This document shows, piece by piece, positions 55,398 through 64,000 of a stretch of DNA of 64,000 nt. How positions within the stretch are numbered: position 1 is the stretch's first letter; every line of letters starts with the position of its first letter. The notes below the pieces were generated by a model. That model saw only the letters and a list, made by a program, of their open reading frames with translations, made no database searches and had not been told where the DNA came from. The DNA comes from an uncultured Pseudomonadota bacterium. GTDB lineage: Bacteria; Pseudomonadota; Gammaproteobacteria; Steroidobacterales; Steroidobacteraceae. The DNA is taken from positions 920,305-984,304 of the forward strand of contig CAWGEU010000001.1 of assembly GCA_963821745.1 (NCBI GenBank), written 5' to 3'. The position numbers and the translations under genes were made by a program.

Positions 55398-56731
55398 GCA
55401 AGCCGGCGCGCGAAGGCCATGCCGGCATCGAGACCGGCGTGGTCGCCGATCTCACGCACGAAGCCGAGGGCGTGGTGCGGGCGAGCGAGGCCGGCGGAAA
55501 GGTCGTGTTCGTCGCCGGCGCCTTGCCGGGCGAGCGCGTCAGGTTCCGGCGGCGCAGCTTCCACAAGAGTCACGACGAGGCCGAGCTACTCGAAATACTC
55601 GAGCCCTCGCCGCAGCGGGTGACGCCCCGCTGCGCGCATTTCGGCGTGTGCGGCGGCTGCGCGCTGCAGCACCTCGATCCGGCCGCGCAGATCGAGGCCA
55701 AGCAAAAAGAGCTGGCCGCGAATCTCGAACGTATCGGCAACATCCAGCCTGTCGAGTGGCTGCCGCCGTTGTTAGGACCTCACTGGAACTACCGCAGGCG
55801 CGCGCGCCTGTCCTCGCGCTTCGTCGCGAAGAAGGGGCGGAGCCTGGTGGGCTTTCGCGAGAAGCAGGGCAAGTACGTCGCCGACGTGCAACGTTGCGAG
55901 GTGCTGGCCGAACCAGTCGCGTCGCTGGTCGCGGCGCTGGCGACGCTGCTCACCGGCATGGAACGCCGGGCTAGCATTCCCCAGATCGAAGTCGCGCTGT
56001 CCGATGGCGAACGCGTGCTGGTGCTGCGCGTACTGGATCCTTTGCCGGAACCGGACCTGGCACTTCTCCGCGAATTCGAGCTCACGCACGGCCTGCGGAT
56101 CCTGCTGCAGCCCGGCGGGCTCGATTCCATCGTGCCCCTGACACCGGGCCCGGTCGACCTGCACTATCGTCTCGACGAGTTCGACGTGAAGCTCGAGTTC
56201 GGCCCCACCGACTTCGTCCAGGTGAACGCCGACATCAACCAGGCCATGGTCGCCCGGGCTATCGAACTACTGGAGATAGGCCCCTCGGACCGGGTGCTGG
56301 ACCTCTATTGCGGCCTCGGCAACTTCACGCTGCCCATGGCCCGGCGGGCCGCGGCGGTGATGGGCGTGGAAGGTGAGGCCGGTCTCATCGCGCGGGCGCG
56401 CGCCAATGCGCGCCTCAACGGCATCGCCAACGCCGAATTCACGGTCGCCGACCTGTCGGTGGCGCCCGACAGGACCATCCCGTGGATGCGCGGGGGGTTC
56501 GACAAGGTCCTGTTAGACCCTCCGCGAGTCGGCGCGCGTGAGGTTTTGAGCGCCGTGGCACATCTCGCCCCGCGCAGGGTGGTGTATATCTCCTGCCACA
56601 CCGGTTCACTGGCCCGCGATCTGGGTGTCCTGACCCACGAACTGGGCTTCCGCTTACGCGCCGCCGGTGTACTTGATATGTTTCCGCACACCACACACGT
56701 GGAATCGATAGCCGTACTAGACAGGATTTGA
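55394..56731 (+). CDS. rlmD: 23S rRNA (uracil1939-C5)-methyltransferase RlmD (RumA)
   Basis: TRAM domain, the Fe-S cysteines [14 protein letters not shown]...C, the SAM motif [14 protein letters not shown], then LLDPPRVGA and [11 protein letters not shown]. There is a GTGA overlap with the upstream gene. Confidence 0.88.
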   Translation: MSKPAREGHAGIETGVVADLTHEAEGVVRASEAGGKVVFVAGALPGERVRFRRRSFHKSHDEAELLEILEPSPQRVTPRCAHFGVCGGCALQHLDPAAQIEAKQKELAANLERIGNIQPVEWLPPLLGPHWNYRRRARLSSRFVAKKGRSLVGFREKQGKYVADVQRCEVLAEPVASLVAALATLLTGMERRASIPQIEVALSDGERVLVLRVLDPLPEPDLALLREFELTHGLRILLQPGGLDSIVPLTPGPVDLHYRLDEFDVKLEFGPTDFVQVNADINQAMVARAIELLEIGPSDRVLDLYCGLGNFTLPMARRAAAVMGVEGEAGLIARARANARLNGIANAEFTVADLSVAPDRTIPWMRGGFDKVLLDPPRVGAREVLSAVAHLAPRRVVYISCHTGSLARDLGVLTHELGFRLRAAGVLDMFPHTTHVESIAVLDRI

Positions 56732-56741
56732 GAGCCTTTTT

Positions 56742-57796
56742 GTGACCCTTGGCCCACTGATGGTCGATGTGGCCGGTCTCGAGCTGACGCCCGAGGACCG
56801 CGATGTCCTGCGCCATCCGCTCGTGGGCAGCGTGATCCTCTTCACTCGCAACTACGCCGATTCCGAGCAGCTAGGGCGCCTGGTGGCCGACATCCACGCC
56901 GTGCGCACACCCGCGCTGGTGGTGGCCGTGGACCAGGAGGGTGGGCGAGTTCAGCGCTTCCGCCCCGGTTTCTCGTCGCTGCCGTCGCTGCGGCGGGTCG
57001 GCCACGAATACGACGTCGACGCCAGGGCAGGGTATCGCTCTCGCGCGCTCCATGGGCTGGCTGATGGCGGCCGAACTTCGCGCCCACGGCGTGGACCTGT
57101 CGTTCGCGCCCTGCGTCGATCTCGACTACGGCGTGAGCGAGGTCATCGGTGATCGCGCTTTCCATGCGAAGCCGGATGTCGTGGCGCAGCTTGCGCTCGC
57201 CTACATGGCCGGCATGAAGGACGCCGGCATGGCGGCCACCGCCAAACATTTTCCCGGTCACGGTGCCGTGGTCGCGGATTCGCACAAGGCCCTGCCGGTA
57301 GATAGGCGCGCGTGGACCGAGCTCGGTGACGACCTGTTGCCCTATCGCCGCCTCATCGCCAACGGCATTGCCCGGCGTCATGGTCGCGCACATCCTGTTT
57401 CCCGCCGTCGATCCGGCGCCGTCGAGTCTCTCGCGCCGCTGGATCCAGAACGCGCTGCGCGAGGAACTGCGTTTCGAAGGCGCGGTGTTCACCGACGATC
57501 TTTCCATGGGTGGCGCCGCGGAGTTCGGCGACATCGTGGCGCGCGCGGAAGCGGCGCTCGACGCCGGCTGCGACGTGCTGCCGGTGTGCAACGACCGGCC
57601 CTCGGTCGCCAGGTTGCTCGATGATCTCGAGTTCGAAGCCGATCCGGCGGCGCACATGCGCCTGGTTCGCATGCGCGGCCGGCCCGCGCCCGAACGCGAT
57701 GAGCTGTTCGCGGGCGAGGCGTGGCGCAACAGCCAGGAACTGCTGGCGCGCGCGACCGCGGCTCCCAGGCTCCATCTGACGGCAGGCAACGCATGA
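56742..57796 (+). CDS. nagZ: Beta-N-acetylhexosaminidase NagZ. Frame changes near 57022 and 57370.
   Basis: [43 protein letters not shown] (ORF 56742..). Then SFAPCVDLD...AKHFPGHG (ORF 56941..) and [10 protein letters not shown] (ORF 57326..57796). Confidence 0.88.
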
Positions 57797-58725
57797 ACGG
57801 GTTCCAGGGGGACTTTCTGCGCGGTGCGCTCGATGTCTCGCCCGACGGCGTGGTCATCTGCGAAGCCTCCGGCGACCACCTGGTGGTGTACGTCAACAGC
57901 TCGTTCTGCCGGCTCACCGGCTACGACACTTCCGAATTGTTAGGCAAGAACCTGCGCATGCTGCAGGGTGAGGACCGGGACCAGCAGGAGCTCGACACCC
58001 TGCGCGAAGCCCTGCGTCACAACGAATCCGTGCGCGTGCTGGTGCGCAACCAGCGCAAGGACGGCACGGTGTTCGTCAACGACATGCAGATCTACCCGCT
58101 GCGCAACGGCGAGGGCAAGGCCACGCATCTCATCGGTTATCACCGCGAAGGCGGGACCCGCGTGCGCACCGGCATCGGCGACACCGGCATCCGCGGCCTG
58201 CCCAACTGGGTGCGCGAAGACCGGCTCACCGGCCTCGCGTCGCGTTACTACTTCGAAGACGTGCTCAAGCGCGACTTCGCGCTCGCGCAGCGCGACAAGA
58301 CCGACATCGCGCTGCTGCTGTTCGACATCGACCAGTTAGGCCCTTACAACGAGATCTTCGATCGCGCCGGCGGTGACGCCGTCGTCAAGCGCGTGGCCCG
58401 GGCCATTGCCGGCTCGTTCCGGCGCGGCACCGACATCGTCGGCCGCTGGGAAGGCGCCAGCGTGATCGTGCTGATGCACGGCACGACCGCCGACCACGTG
58501 ATCCAGCACGCCACCACCGTGGCGCACCGCGTGCGCGAGCAGCAGATCCATCATCCGCGGTCCACGCAGAAATACGTGACCGTGAGCGGTGGTGTCGCCA
58601 TTCACACGGCGCGCGCCGAAGACTCGGCGGAGAAATTCCTGAAGGCCGCCGAGGTTGCCGTGGCCCGTGCCAAAGAGCAGGGGCGCAACCGCATCATCGT
58701 CGCCGAGGAAACCGACTTCCGGTGA
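57793..58725 (+). CDS. PAS-domain protein with a degenerate GGDEF domain (EGASV replaces GGDEF; the RxxD I-site is kept)
   Basis: PAS: DGVVICEASGDHLVVYVNSSFCRLTGYDTSELLGKNLRML...RKDGTVFVNDMQIYPL. GGDEF-like: DRLTGLASRYYF...LLLFDIDQL...RRGTDIVGRWEGASVIVL...AKEQGRNRI. There is an ATGA overlap with nagZ. Confidence 0.8.
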   Translation: MNGFQGDFLRGALDVSPDGVVICEASGDHLVVYVNSSFCRLTGYDTSELLGKNLRMLQGEDRDQQELDTLREALRHNESVRVLVRNQRKDGTVFVNDMQIYPLRNGEGKATHLIGYHREGGTRVRTGIGDTGIRGLPNWVREDRLTGLASRYYFEDVLKRDFALAQRDKTDIALLLFDIDQLGPYNEIFDRAGGDAVVKRVARAIAGSFRRGTDIVGRWEGASVIVLMHGTTADHVIQHATTVAHRVREQQIHHPRSTQKYVTVSGGVAIHTARAEDSAEKFLKAAEVAVARAKEQGRNRIIVAEETDFR

Positions 58726-58880
58726 AATGGGGACATTCCTGATTTGCTAGCAAAAGGGGACGCACCTCGTTAGCGAGGATCGAGAGACGCCCAACCAAGC
58801 GAAGGGCCCGGCGAAAAGCGAACGAATCTCCTGGGCGTGTGCGCTCGCTGGGGCACGCGCGCCCCTCAAACTACGTCCCC
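58725..58880. repeat. Degenerate copy of the GAAATGGGGAC repeat family with 11-nt terminal inverted repeats about 130 nt apart
   Basis: GAAATGGGGAC at 58725-58735 and GTCCCCATTTT at 58868-58878. The internal GGGGACGCACCTC (58757-58769) resembles the GGGGCCGCACCTC of the 14832 element. A small hairpin CCTCG-TTAG-CGAGG lies at 58765-58778. Confidence 0.4.
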
Positions 58881-58884
58881 ATTT

Positions 58885-60290
58885 TCACTGAACAGCCAGG
58901 CGCGTCGCCCCGATCCGGAACAACGGTTGTTTGGCGTCGAACGGCCGCGGCCGGCCTTCACGGTCGACAAGGCCGCGCCGGAAAAACACCAACGCGAATT
59001 CATCACCTGCCGCCGACAATGCCTTGAGCGCGCGTTCGGGCAACTCGAGCACCAGTGCCGACGAAGCTCCGTGATGTTCGGCGTGTTCCGCCAGCACTGA
59101 CAGCTCGAAGTTGCCGAAGGCATCGACAGGCGCAACGCCACGGAAGTCGTTCACGGCGATGCGTTTGGCGTCGGGCGCGAGCGCGAGTTCGAGACTGAAG
59201 GCTTCGTTTCTCTTTGCCGACCAGATTCTCGACGCCGTTCAGGATCACCGCCACGCGCTTCGCATTCGCGCCGCCGGCGCGCAGGAACTCGGCGCGAGGC
59301 ACCACGAAGGCTGTGGGCTGACCATTGAGCGTGATCGGCGGCAACTCGAGGATCGCGCGCCACGGTGGCGGGTCAGGCAGCGGAGGCCTGCGCCACGGCA
59401 GGCGCTCGAGTACGAGATCCCGGATCCAATCCGGGAGTTCCCAGCACCACGAGCCGGCCGCACGGCAGGTTGTCGTAGGTGTAGCCGAGATCCGCCGTGC
59501 GCAACCCGTCGGCCACGATGACGTCCCGCCGGCCGGTGAGCGAGTGGAACGGAAACTCCTCGTCGCGCCACGGGCTGCCCGGGTGTGTGCGCCCTGGCTT
59601 GCGGATCCAGCATTCCCAGTAACGATCGACGTTGCAGTGATGCAGCCAGAACACCGGGTCGCGTCCCGCCGTGGCGACTGCGCCCATGTTGCCGAGAGTC
59701 TGGTTGTGCACCGTGTTGTGGGGGTTCGAGGAGAGCGCACTCGAAAACGCCGCGAAATCCACGTTGTCGAGAGCGTCCGTATGCAATCCGGAAATGCCGG
59801 CGAGCCCCAGGTTGATGTCCGTATTGCGGGTGGCGTCGTAGAGCGAGTTGGTAGTGACGTCGGCCGGCAAGCGCAGCGGCTCGGGCAGGAAGTTGTCGGC
59901 GATGTAATCCCAGTACGGCATCGTGAAATGGCAGTCGTCCGCGAGGTGGCGGATGATTTCCTCGCAGAACAACAGGTACCAGCGGTGCCAGGTCAGAAAA
60001 TGCAGGCTGCCGTGCTTGCACTGCCGCCAGTAGATGGCGCCGTCGGGAATGAGGGCAGCTTCGGCTGCCGAGCTGCCGTGTACACCGGCCTGGTACATCC
60101 AGCTGCGGAAATCCTCGGTAGGCAATGCCTTCATCGCGCTGATGCCGGCGCGCAGTACATCGAGTTCCGGCGTGCTGAACGTGTGGATGCCACGCCGCAC
60201 TTTGAGCGGCGCCGCGAGCGCAGGAGGAGCGGCGATCGCCGCAGCCGCGGACGACATCAACAGCGTGAATTCACGTCTCGACATTCCCAT
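58885..60290 (-). CDS. Tat-exported tyrosinase / type-3 copper polyphenol oxidase with a ~170-aa C-terminal extension. Frame changes near 59450 and 59205.
   Basis: Twin-arginine leader MGMSRREFTLLMSSAAAAIAAPPALAAP. CuA region HGS..FLTWHRWYLLFCE. CuB region HNTVHNQTLG...DPVFWLHHCNVDRYW (ORF 59373..60386). The C-terminal part is read from ORFs 59003..59740 and 58885..59154. Confidence 0.8.
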
Positions 60291-60483
60291 GGCGCTCTCC
60301 TTGTCGCGTTTGCATCGATACTGCTCGCGACGCGATGGGTTGCACCATGGAAATTTCTCACACTTTCGCGCATTGCGCCGCGGCAATAGCGTCTAACTAG
60401 CGTACCGCGCTGGCTGTCGCAGCGCGGGGGGGTGTGGCGTTCTCGCCCCAGTCAGGACCTGCGGCGCGAGGCGCGCGGGTGGG

Positions 60484-61119
60484 TCAGCGCCCGCCCGTCG
60501 AGCGATTCGCCGGCGTCACCAGCGCGACGACCCCGAACGCGGGATGGTCGTAGTAGCTCGGCTTGTCGACGCGAATGCGCCGCGATTCGCTCAACGTGAA
60601 CACGGTGTCGGGCGGAGCGGCGAGCCCTTCGGGCGGATTGGAAGTCTGGTAGTTGAGCGACATGCCGAGGTGCAGGTAGGTGCCGCTTTCGAGATAGATG
60701 ATGCCGGACAGGCCAGGCGCGGCACCGGCGAGTTTCGCCACCGTGAACCCGGCGCGCGAACCCCAGGAACTCGCGGTCTGCTGCCAGGCGAAATGCGCGA
60801 TGGGCTGATAGTTAGACGTATTCTGCAGTTTCCGGGCGACATCGTTGAGCTGGAACTGCGCCGCCGGCACCGACTGCACGAACTTGCCGGTGACCGGCGA
60901 GTCCGGGGTGTCCGGGCCGCGCGCCACGGGTTTGACGCTCCAGTCCTCGGGTCCCCCGGCGCCACTCATGTTCCGGAACACGATGAGCTCGATGGTGTAG
61001 ACGCGGGCGGAGGGAGCGGTCTGCGCCGCTGCCTGCGGCAGCGTGGCGCTTGCGCTCACGAGCGCAAGCAGCAGGGCGGCAACCAGGGTGCGCGAACGGG
61101 AGCGGCCGGTAGTCGTCAT
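60484..61119 (-). CDS. CsiV-like (DUF2803-like) periplasmic protein
   Basis: Signal peptide MTTTGRSRSRTLVAALLLALVSASA, then YTIELIVFRN near the N-terminus and YYDHPAFGVVALVTP near the C-terminus, as I recall for CsiV-family proteins. It is downstream of mfd on the same strand. Confidence 0.5.
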   Translation of the reverse strand: MTTTGRSRSRTLVAALLLALVSASATLPQAAAQTAPSARVYTIELIVFRNMSGAGGPEDWSVKPVARGPDTPDSPVTGKFVQSVPAAQFQLNDVARKLQNTSNYQPIAHFAWQQTASSWGSRAGFTVAKLAGAAPGLSGIIYLESGTYLHLGMSLNYQTSNPPEGLAAPPDTVFTLSESRRIRVDKPSYYDHPAFGVVALVTPANRSTGGR

Positions 61120-61141
61120 GGGCAGGAAGTATACCGGGTCG

Positions 61142-64000
61142 CTATTGTCTGTTCGGACCAGCCCGCTTGGGACCGGGTTGCTTCGGGGTGCCCTTGAGCT
61201 CGGCCAGGAAACCTTCGGCGAACTCGAAACGCTCCGCGTCCTCTTCGGTCTCGCGCGATATGCGCAACTTGAGCGCGCCTTCCAGCCGATAGTCGCGATC
61301 CGGGTGCTGCACCAGGCGTATGACAGCGCTCGGATCCACATGGTTCTGCTCCTCGAACAGCGCATAACCACCCTGCGGGCCCAGATCGAGTCGGCGGATT
61401 CCGATGGCGCGCGCCGCGAGTTTGAGCCTTGCCACGCGCAGCAGATTCGTGGCAGGCGGCGGCAGCGGGCCGAAGCGGTCGACGATTTCTTCGGTCAGCC
61501 CGTCGATGGCGGCATTGTCGGGCGCGGCCGCCAGGCGCTTGTACAACGCCAGTCGCACGGGCACGTCGGCCACGAAACTCTCCGGCAGCAGCGCCGGCAG
61601 CCGCAGTTCCACCTCGGCGGTGGCGGCCAGGGGACGGTCCAGCACCGGCTCCTTGCCTTCCTTGAGCGCCTTCACGGCCTGCTCGAGCAGGTCGAGGTAC
61701 ATGGTGAGGCCGATCTCCGTGAGCTCGCCGCTCTGCGACTCACCTAACAACTCGCCGGCGCCGCGGATCTCGAGGTCGTGCGTGGCCAGCACGAAGCCGG
61801 CGCCCAGGTCCTCGAGCGATTCGATCGCCTCGAGCCGCTTGACGGCATCCAGCGTCAGCGCCTTGCGTGGCGGCGTCAGCAGGTAGGCGTACGCACGGTG
61901 ATGCGAGCGTCCGACCCGGCCACGCAACTGGTGCAACTGCGCCAGACCCAGCCGGTCGGCGCGATCGATCATGATGGTGTTGGCGGTGGGCACGTCGATG
62001 CCGCTTTCGATGATGGTGGTGCACACCAGGAAATTGAAACGGCGATGGTAGAAGTCGACCATGAGCCGTTCGAGATCGCGCTCGCGCATCTGTCCGTGGC
62101 CGACGCGCACCTCGGCTTCGGGAATGAGCCTGGCGATTTCCTGTGCCGTCTTCTCGATGGTCTCGACCACGTTGTGCACGAAGTACACCTGGCCGCCGCG
62201 GCGGAACTCGCGCAGCGCCGCTTCGCGCAGCGTGGGCGCGTGCCACTCGGTGACGAAGGTCTTGATGGCCAGCCGCTCGGCCGGCGGCGTGGTGATCAAC
62301 GAGAGGTCGCGCAAACCGCCGAGCGCCATGTTCAGCGTGCGCGGAATCGGCGTGGCGGTGAGCGTCAGCACGTGCACTTCGGCGCGCAGGGTTTTCAGCT
62401 TCTCCTTGTCGCGCACGCCGAAGCGATGTTCTTCATCGACGATGATGAGCCCGAGGTCTTTGAACCGGACGTTGGCATGCAGCAGCTTCTGCGTCGCGAT
62501 GACGATGTCCACCGTGCCGCGTTCGATGCCTTCGAGCACCGTGTTCGATTCCTTGCTGGTGCGGAACCGGGACAGCGACTCGATGCGCACCGGCCAGTCG
62601 GCAAAGCGATCGCGAAAGTTGTTGGTGTGCTGTTCGGCCAGCAACGTCGTGGGCACCAGCACCGCCACCTGCTTGCCGGCCTGTGCGGCGACGAAAGCCG
62701 CGCGCATCGCCACTTCGGTCTTGCCGAAGCCGACGTCGCCGCACACCACGCGATCCATGGGCTTTTCGGACGACAGGTCCTGCAGCACCTGGCGAATGGC
62801 TTCGGCCTGGTCCTCGGTCTCCTCGAACGGGAAGCTGCTCGCGAATGCCTGATATTCCAGCTCGCGCTGCGGCAGCGATTGGCCGCGCTTCGCCTGGCGC
62901 TGCGCGTAAAGGTCGAGCAACTCGGCGGCGACGTCGCGGATCTTGTCGGCGGCGCGTTTGCGCGCGCGTGGCCCACTGGTCCGTGCCGAGCTTGTGCAGC
63001 GGCGCACTCTCCGGCGCGGCACCCGAATAACGCGAAACCAGGTGGAGTTGCTGCACCGGCACGTACAGCTTGTCGCCGCCCGCGTATTCGAGCACCACGA
63101 ACTCGCCGTCCTGCCCGGCGACCTGCATGACCTGCAGCCCGAGGTAACGGCCCACACCGTATTCTTCGTGCACCACCGGCGAACCTGGTCCCAGTGCCGT
63201 GAGGTCGCGAAGGATCGCCTGGGGGTCGGACGCGGCGCGACGCCTTCGGCGTTCCTGCCGCGCGCGCTGGCCGAACAGTTGCGCTTCGCCGAGCACGGCG
63301 ATGGGCGGCGTGAGGATGTTGAGCCCGGCCATCTCCGGCGCCACGCACAGGGCGAATGGCGCATCGCTGTCGACGAACTCGTGCCAGCCGGCGACTCCCC
63401 TGGGTTTGAGTCCGTGCGCCCGCAGCATCTCGAGCAGGACTTCGCGCCGTCCGGCGGAATCCGCGGCCAGCAGCACGCGGCCAGGGAACGTATCGAGGAA
63501 ATTCTCGAGCGGGGCGAGCGGCCGCTCGGAGCGCAGGTCGACGCGCCATTCCTGCGGCGCGGCGGTGGCGAAATTGAAGCCCTTGCTCTCGTCTTCGACC
63601 TTGAAGCTCTCGAGGTCGATACGCGTGAAGGTGTCGAGCCGCGCCTGCAGTTCCTCGGGCGGAAGGTACAGCTCATCGGGCGCGAGCACCGGGCGTTCCA
63701 CGTCGTGCCGCCGCTCCTCGTATCGCTCGGCGATGCTGCGCGCGGCGCGCTCCACGGCGGCCGGCATCTCCGCGCCCGCGCACACCACGGTGTCCGTGGG
63801 TAGATAGTCGAGCAGCGTGTCGGTGGTGTCGAAGAACAGCGGCAGGTAGAACTCGATGCCCGGAGGCGCGAGCCCATCGCTGACTCCGCGATAGATCACG
63901 CTCTTCGTGGGGTCGCCTTCGAAACGCTTGCGGTAGCGCAGGCGGAAGGCCTTGACGGAGTCCGCGTCCAGCGGCATTTCGCGGCCCGGCAACAGGCGCA
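61142..64000 (-). CDS. mfd: Transcription-repair coupling factor Mfd (N-terminal ~200 codons lie outside the window). Frame change near 62970.
   Basis: N-terminal and RNAP-interacting region in ORF 62433..63992 (VVHEEYGVGRYLGL...DKLYVPVQQLHLVSRY). Helicase motifs CGDVGFGKTEVAMRAAF, DEEHRFGV and GQVYFVHN, plus the TRG region RGRVGRSHHRAYAY, are in ORF 61142..63877. Confidence 0.94.

Overview
This is a 64-kb stretch of a high-G+C (by eye about 65%) proteobacterial chromosome. The gene order is rseP-bamA-skp-lpxD-fabZ-lpxA-lpxB-rnhB / dnaE-accA-tilS-pyrG / kdsA-eno / ftsB-ispD-ispF-truD / surE-pcm / recJ / prfB-lysS-murI / ygfZ, DUF1674-sdhCDAB-sdhE / rpoE-rseA-rseB / lepA-lepB-rnc-era-recO-pdxJ-acpS / rlmD-nagZ / mfd. 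This order suggests a gammaproteobacterium of the Xanthomonadales/Nevskiales type, but I cannot name the organism. I support about 65 protein genes. I found no rRNA, tRNA, CRISPR array, transposase or integrase. Main caveat: about 50 single-base frame breaks interrupt well-conserved and mostly essential genes (dnaE alone has at least 9). Two long blocks, 13.0-20.7 kb and 38.3-57.0 kb, have none. I read these breaks as sequence or assembly indels, not real pseudogenes, so affected genes are listed as CDS with approximate break points. The only break that looks biological is the programmed +1 frameshift in prfB. Accessory content is small. It comprises a two-gene island between pyrG and kdsA (a 511/530-aa uncharacterised protein plus a SAM methyltransferase). 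A 4.2-kb island between eno and ftsB holds an acidic small protein, a VOC protein, a secreted fused M16 peptidase and a PIN/Phd toxin-antitoxin pair. There are also a Tat-exported tyrosinase, a PAS-degenerate-GGDEF protein and a histidine-free secreted globin-fold protein. The non-coding signals worth a second look are a family of long intergenic inverted repeats built around GGAAATGGGGAC-like motifs, three copies of which bracket accA and tilS; an 18-bp tandem repeat; and an AT-rich 345-bp gap where nlpD-rpoS usually follow pcm. I did not find a convincing new multi-gene system. The items above are leads, not discoveries.
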